Positions 61,726 to 64,000 of a stretch of 64,000 nucleotides of DNA are shown piece after piece. Positions within the stretch are counted from its first letter, which is position 1; the number at the start of each line of letters is the position of its first letter. The notes beneath the pieces were generated by a model. It made no database searches, had not been told where the DNA came from, and saw only the letters and a list, made by a program, of their open reading frames with translations. The stretch is from Tolypothrix carrinoi HA7290-LM1 (GTDB lineage: Bacteria; Cyanobacteriota; Cyanobacteriia; Cyanobacteriales; Nostocaceae). The DNA lies in NCBI GenBank assembly GCA_019358935.1, contig JAHHIK010000030.1:1-64000 (forward strand), written 5' to 3'. The position numbers and the translations under genes were made by a program.

Positions 61726-62967
61726 TTATTCATTCTCAAGCAGCTCTTTAAGGCTTTCTTGACTGCGGTTATGTTCTGGGAAGAGTTGCAGCGATTGCCG
61801 AAAAGCCGCTATTGCTTCTTGTTTTTTGCCCTCTGCTTCGTCGTATTGTATGTGACTGCCTAAGTCGTAGTACAAATCAGCCATTCGCTGTTTAGGAATA
61901 TCAGCAGTCAATTGGCGATAAAAATCCATGACACTTTTAAATCCTTTTTTGTCATACAGATTCTTACCAACTGTCGAGCAAGTATAGTAAGAAGGAAAAA
62001 TTTGACTAATTGTGAGCAATTTCTTGCAGGTATCCAAAGATTCATTCAGTTTCCCCTGCTTAATCTGTGCCCCAGCCAACCTATCGTAGTTAAAATCAGT
62101 GGGTGATTTGGCGATCGCTTGACGGTAAACTGCGATCGCTTCCTCTGGTTTATCTAACTCCATCAGCACATCCCCCATTTTCCCATAATCGGACTCATCA
62201 GGTTCAATTTGAATTATTTGGCGGTAAGCAGCAAGCGATTCTTCAAAATAGCCGTGACTTTTTGATAGAGAAGCCAAAGCTTGATATGGTATTTTATTCT
62301 TGGGATCTAGTTTGCTAAATTGACGATAAATAGCAACTGCTTGGGAATGTTCGAGTAATTCCCCCAGACTTTCATAATTTTCAATATCTGTAGGATCGAG
62401 TTCCATAGCTTTGCGATAAGCTGTGACAGCTTCCTGGGGATTGCCTATATCTTTAAAAAAATTACCTAATAATCTGTAATTGTAATCAGTTGGATCGAGT
62501 TTAACAGCTTGGCGGTAGGCGGCTTTTGCTTCTTCTATTTTGCCTGTTTGTTGTAAGGCAAAGCCCAAAGACTGATAAAGAGTAGAATTGCTCTTATCGA
62601 GTTTCAAGGCTTGGCGATAAGCAGCGATCGCCTCGACCAATCGTCCTTTATCCTTGAAAAAGTAACCCAATTTGATGTAAGTTGACGATTCCGGAATTAG
62701 TTTCAGGGCTTGCTGATAAGTAGCGATCGTCTCTGCAATCTTGCCTTGATTAGAAAGGATATCCGCCAACTTGATGTAAGCATAGCTATTGTTGCGATCG
62801 CGTTTAATCACACTCTGCCAAATTTTTGCCGCTTCTGGGTAGTTTTCTGCTGATTCAGCAGCTGAAGCTTTTTGTTCCAACTCCTCCGTCGTTTGTGCAA
62901 AACTAATTTGCGGAACTAAAGCTAAACCTAAACTCAGCAGCAACGTCAATATTTTCGACTTTTGCAT
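61726..62967 (-). CDS. Secreted tetratricopeptide-repeat protein
   Basis: Signal peptide and repeated Y..LG...EA...Y.QA..LDP units. Confidence 0.9.
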   Translation of the reverse strand: MQKSKILTLLLSLGLALVPQISFAQTTEELEQKASAAESAENYPEAAKIWQSVIKRDRNNSYAYIKLADILSNQGKIAETIATYQQALKLIPESSTYIKLGYFFKDKGRLVEAIAAYRQALKLDKSNSTLYQSLGFALQQTGKIEEAKAAYRQAVKLDPTDYNYRLLGNFFKDIGNPQEAVTAYRKAMELDPTDIENYESLGELLEHSQAVAIYRQFSKLDPKNKIPYQALASLSKSHGYFEESLAAYRQIIQIEPDESDYGKMGDVLMELDKPEEAIAVYRQAIAKSPTDFNYDRLAGAQIKQGKLNESLDTCKKLLTISQIFPSYYTCSTVGKNLYDKKGFKSVMDFYRQLTADIPKQRMADLYYDLGSHIQYDEAEGKKQEAIAAFRQSLQLFPEHNRSQESLKELLENE

Positions 62968-63075
62968 AAATTTTCAGCTTAAAATAACTAAGTCAATAAT
63001 CAAGACCAGCTTAACCTCAGTATTTAGGCATGTAACCCGTGAAACTTCCTATACTGAGCAAAATCAGGCAAAACT

Positions 63076-64000
63076 ATGGCAGCAAAAATTCCCGTTACCG
63101 TGATTACAGGCTTCTTAGGCAGTGGTAAAACCAGCCTAATTCGCCATTTACTACAAAACAACCAAGGTAGACGCATCGCCGTTTTAGTTAACGAATTTGG
63201 CGAACTTGGGATTGATGGTGAATTGTTGAAATCTTGTGAAATTTGCCCCGAAGATGGAGATAGTAATATTTTTGAATTAACTAACGGCTGTTTATGTTGC
63301 ACTGTACAAGAAGAATTTTTCCCGACGATGCAGCAGTTAATTAAGCGTCGCGATCGCATCGATTGTATTTTGATTGAAACTTCTGGTTTAGCCTTACCAA
63401 AGCCGTTAATCAAGGCTTTTCGCTGGCAAGAAATCCGCAACGCCGCCACAGTCGATGCGGTAATTACGGTAGTTGATTGTGCAGCAGTAGCATCAGGCAC
63501 ATTTGCCAGCGACCCGGAAGCAGTAGCAGCGCAACGCCAAGCCGATGATAGTTTAGAACATGAAACACCGTTGCAAGAACTGTTTGAAGACCAACTTGCT
63601 TGTGCTGATTTAGTGGTGTTGAATAAAACCGATTTGGTGGATGATGAGACAAAAGCGCAAGTTGAAGAGTTTATAAAACAAGAGTTGCCGAGAGTAGTCA
63701 AGATTGTGGAGAGCGATGGCGCTAAACTCGATTCATCTATATTATTAGGATTAAACGCTGCCGTCGAAGACAATTTAGATAGTCGTCCCAGTCATCACGA
63801 CACCGAAGAAGAACACGAACACGACGAAGAAATTATCTCAACTCACGTAATTTTAGACCGCGCTTTTGAACCAGAAAAATTACAACAGCAGTTGCAAGCG
63901 ATCGTACAACAGCAAGAGATATACCGAATTAAAGGCTTTGTTGCAGTCCCTAACAAAGCCATGCGCTTAGTCATGCAAGGTGTCGGAACCCGATTCGATC
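63076..64000 (+). CDS. cobW: Cobalamin biosynthesis GTPase CobW (runs off the window)
   Basis: MAAKIPVTVITGFLGSGKT, NEFG, GCLCCTV, IETSGLA, NKTD, His-rich segment; absent from the ORF track. Confidence 0.92.
   Translation, partial: MAAKIPVTVITGFLGSGKTSLIRHLLQNNQGRRIAVLVNEFGELGIDGELLKSCEICPEDGDSNIFELTNGCLCCTVQEEFFPTMQQLIKRRDRIDCILIETSGLALPKPLIKAFRWQEIRNAATVDAVITVVDCAAVASGTFASDPEAVAAQRQADDSLEHETPLQELFEDQLACADLVVLNKTDLVDDETKAQVEEFIKQELPRVVKIVESDGAKLDSSILLGLNAAVEDNLDSRPSHHDTEEEHEHDEEIISTHVILDRAFEPEKLQQQLQAIVQQQEIYRIKGFVAVPNKAMRLVMQGVGTRFD

Noticed and set aside
63024..63773. 249-aa minus-strand ORF
   Set aside because: Antisense shadow of cobW.

Overview
AT-rich chromosome segment of a filamentous, heterocyst-forming cyanobacterium (Nostocales-like). 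The assignment rests on very frequent HIP1 octamers (GCGATCGC), short tandem repeats (STRRs), a tRNA-Leu(UAA) with a group I intron, patN and an hps cluster. Core genes: HetZ-related protein, Sua5/YciO, larC, a four-GAF AphC-like photoreceptor kinase, ndhL-DUF3007-trpA-patN, Ser/Thr kinase, ygfZ, cysteine synthase, a tandem dynamin-like pair, 1-Cys peroxiredoxin, glmM-hpsL-N-O-P, heme oxygenase and cobW. The most unusual block is a ~10.4 kb four-gene envelope cluster (17562-27954): DUF11/SdrD adaptor, large beta-barrel protein, beta-helix-OmpA protein and SdrD/DUF11 adhesin. It lies behind a 1.5 kb structured leader and is a candidate uncharacterised surface-display or secretion system. The accessory stretch (28-45.6 kb) holds a decayed araC-AKR-snoaL operon with a tnpB-only IS200/IS605 element, a candidate sRNA, an orphan C5 methyltransferase, a two-gene truncation junction at a HIP1 site, two toxin-antitoxin operons preceded by an identical 32-bp sequence, an IS1634 remnant and MITEs. 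No CRISPR array or rRNA was seen. All calls come from reading motifs by eye; no database search was run.
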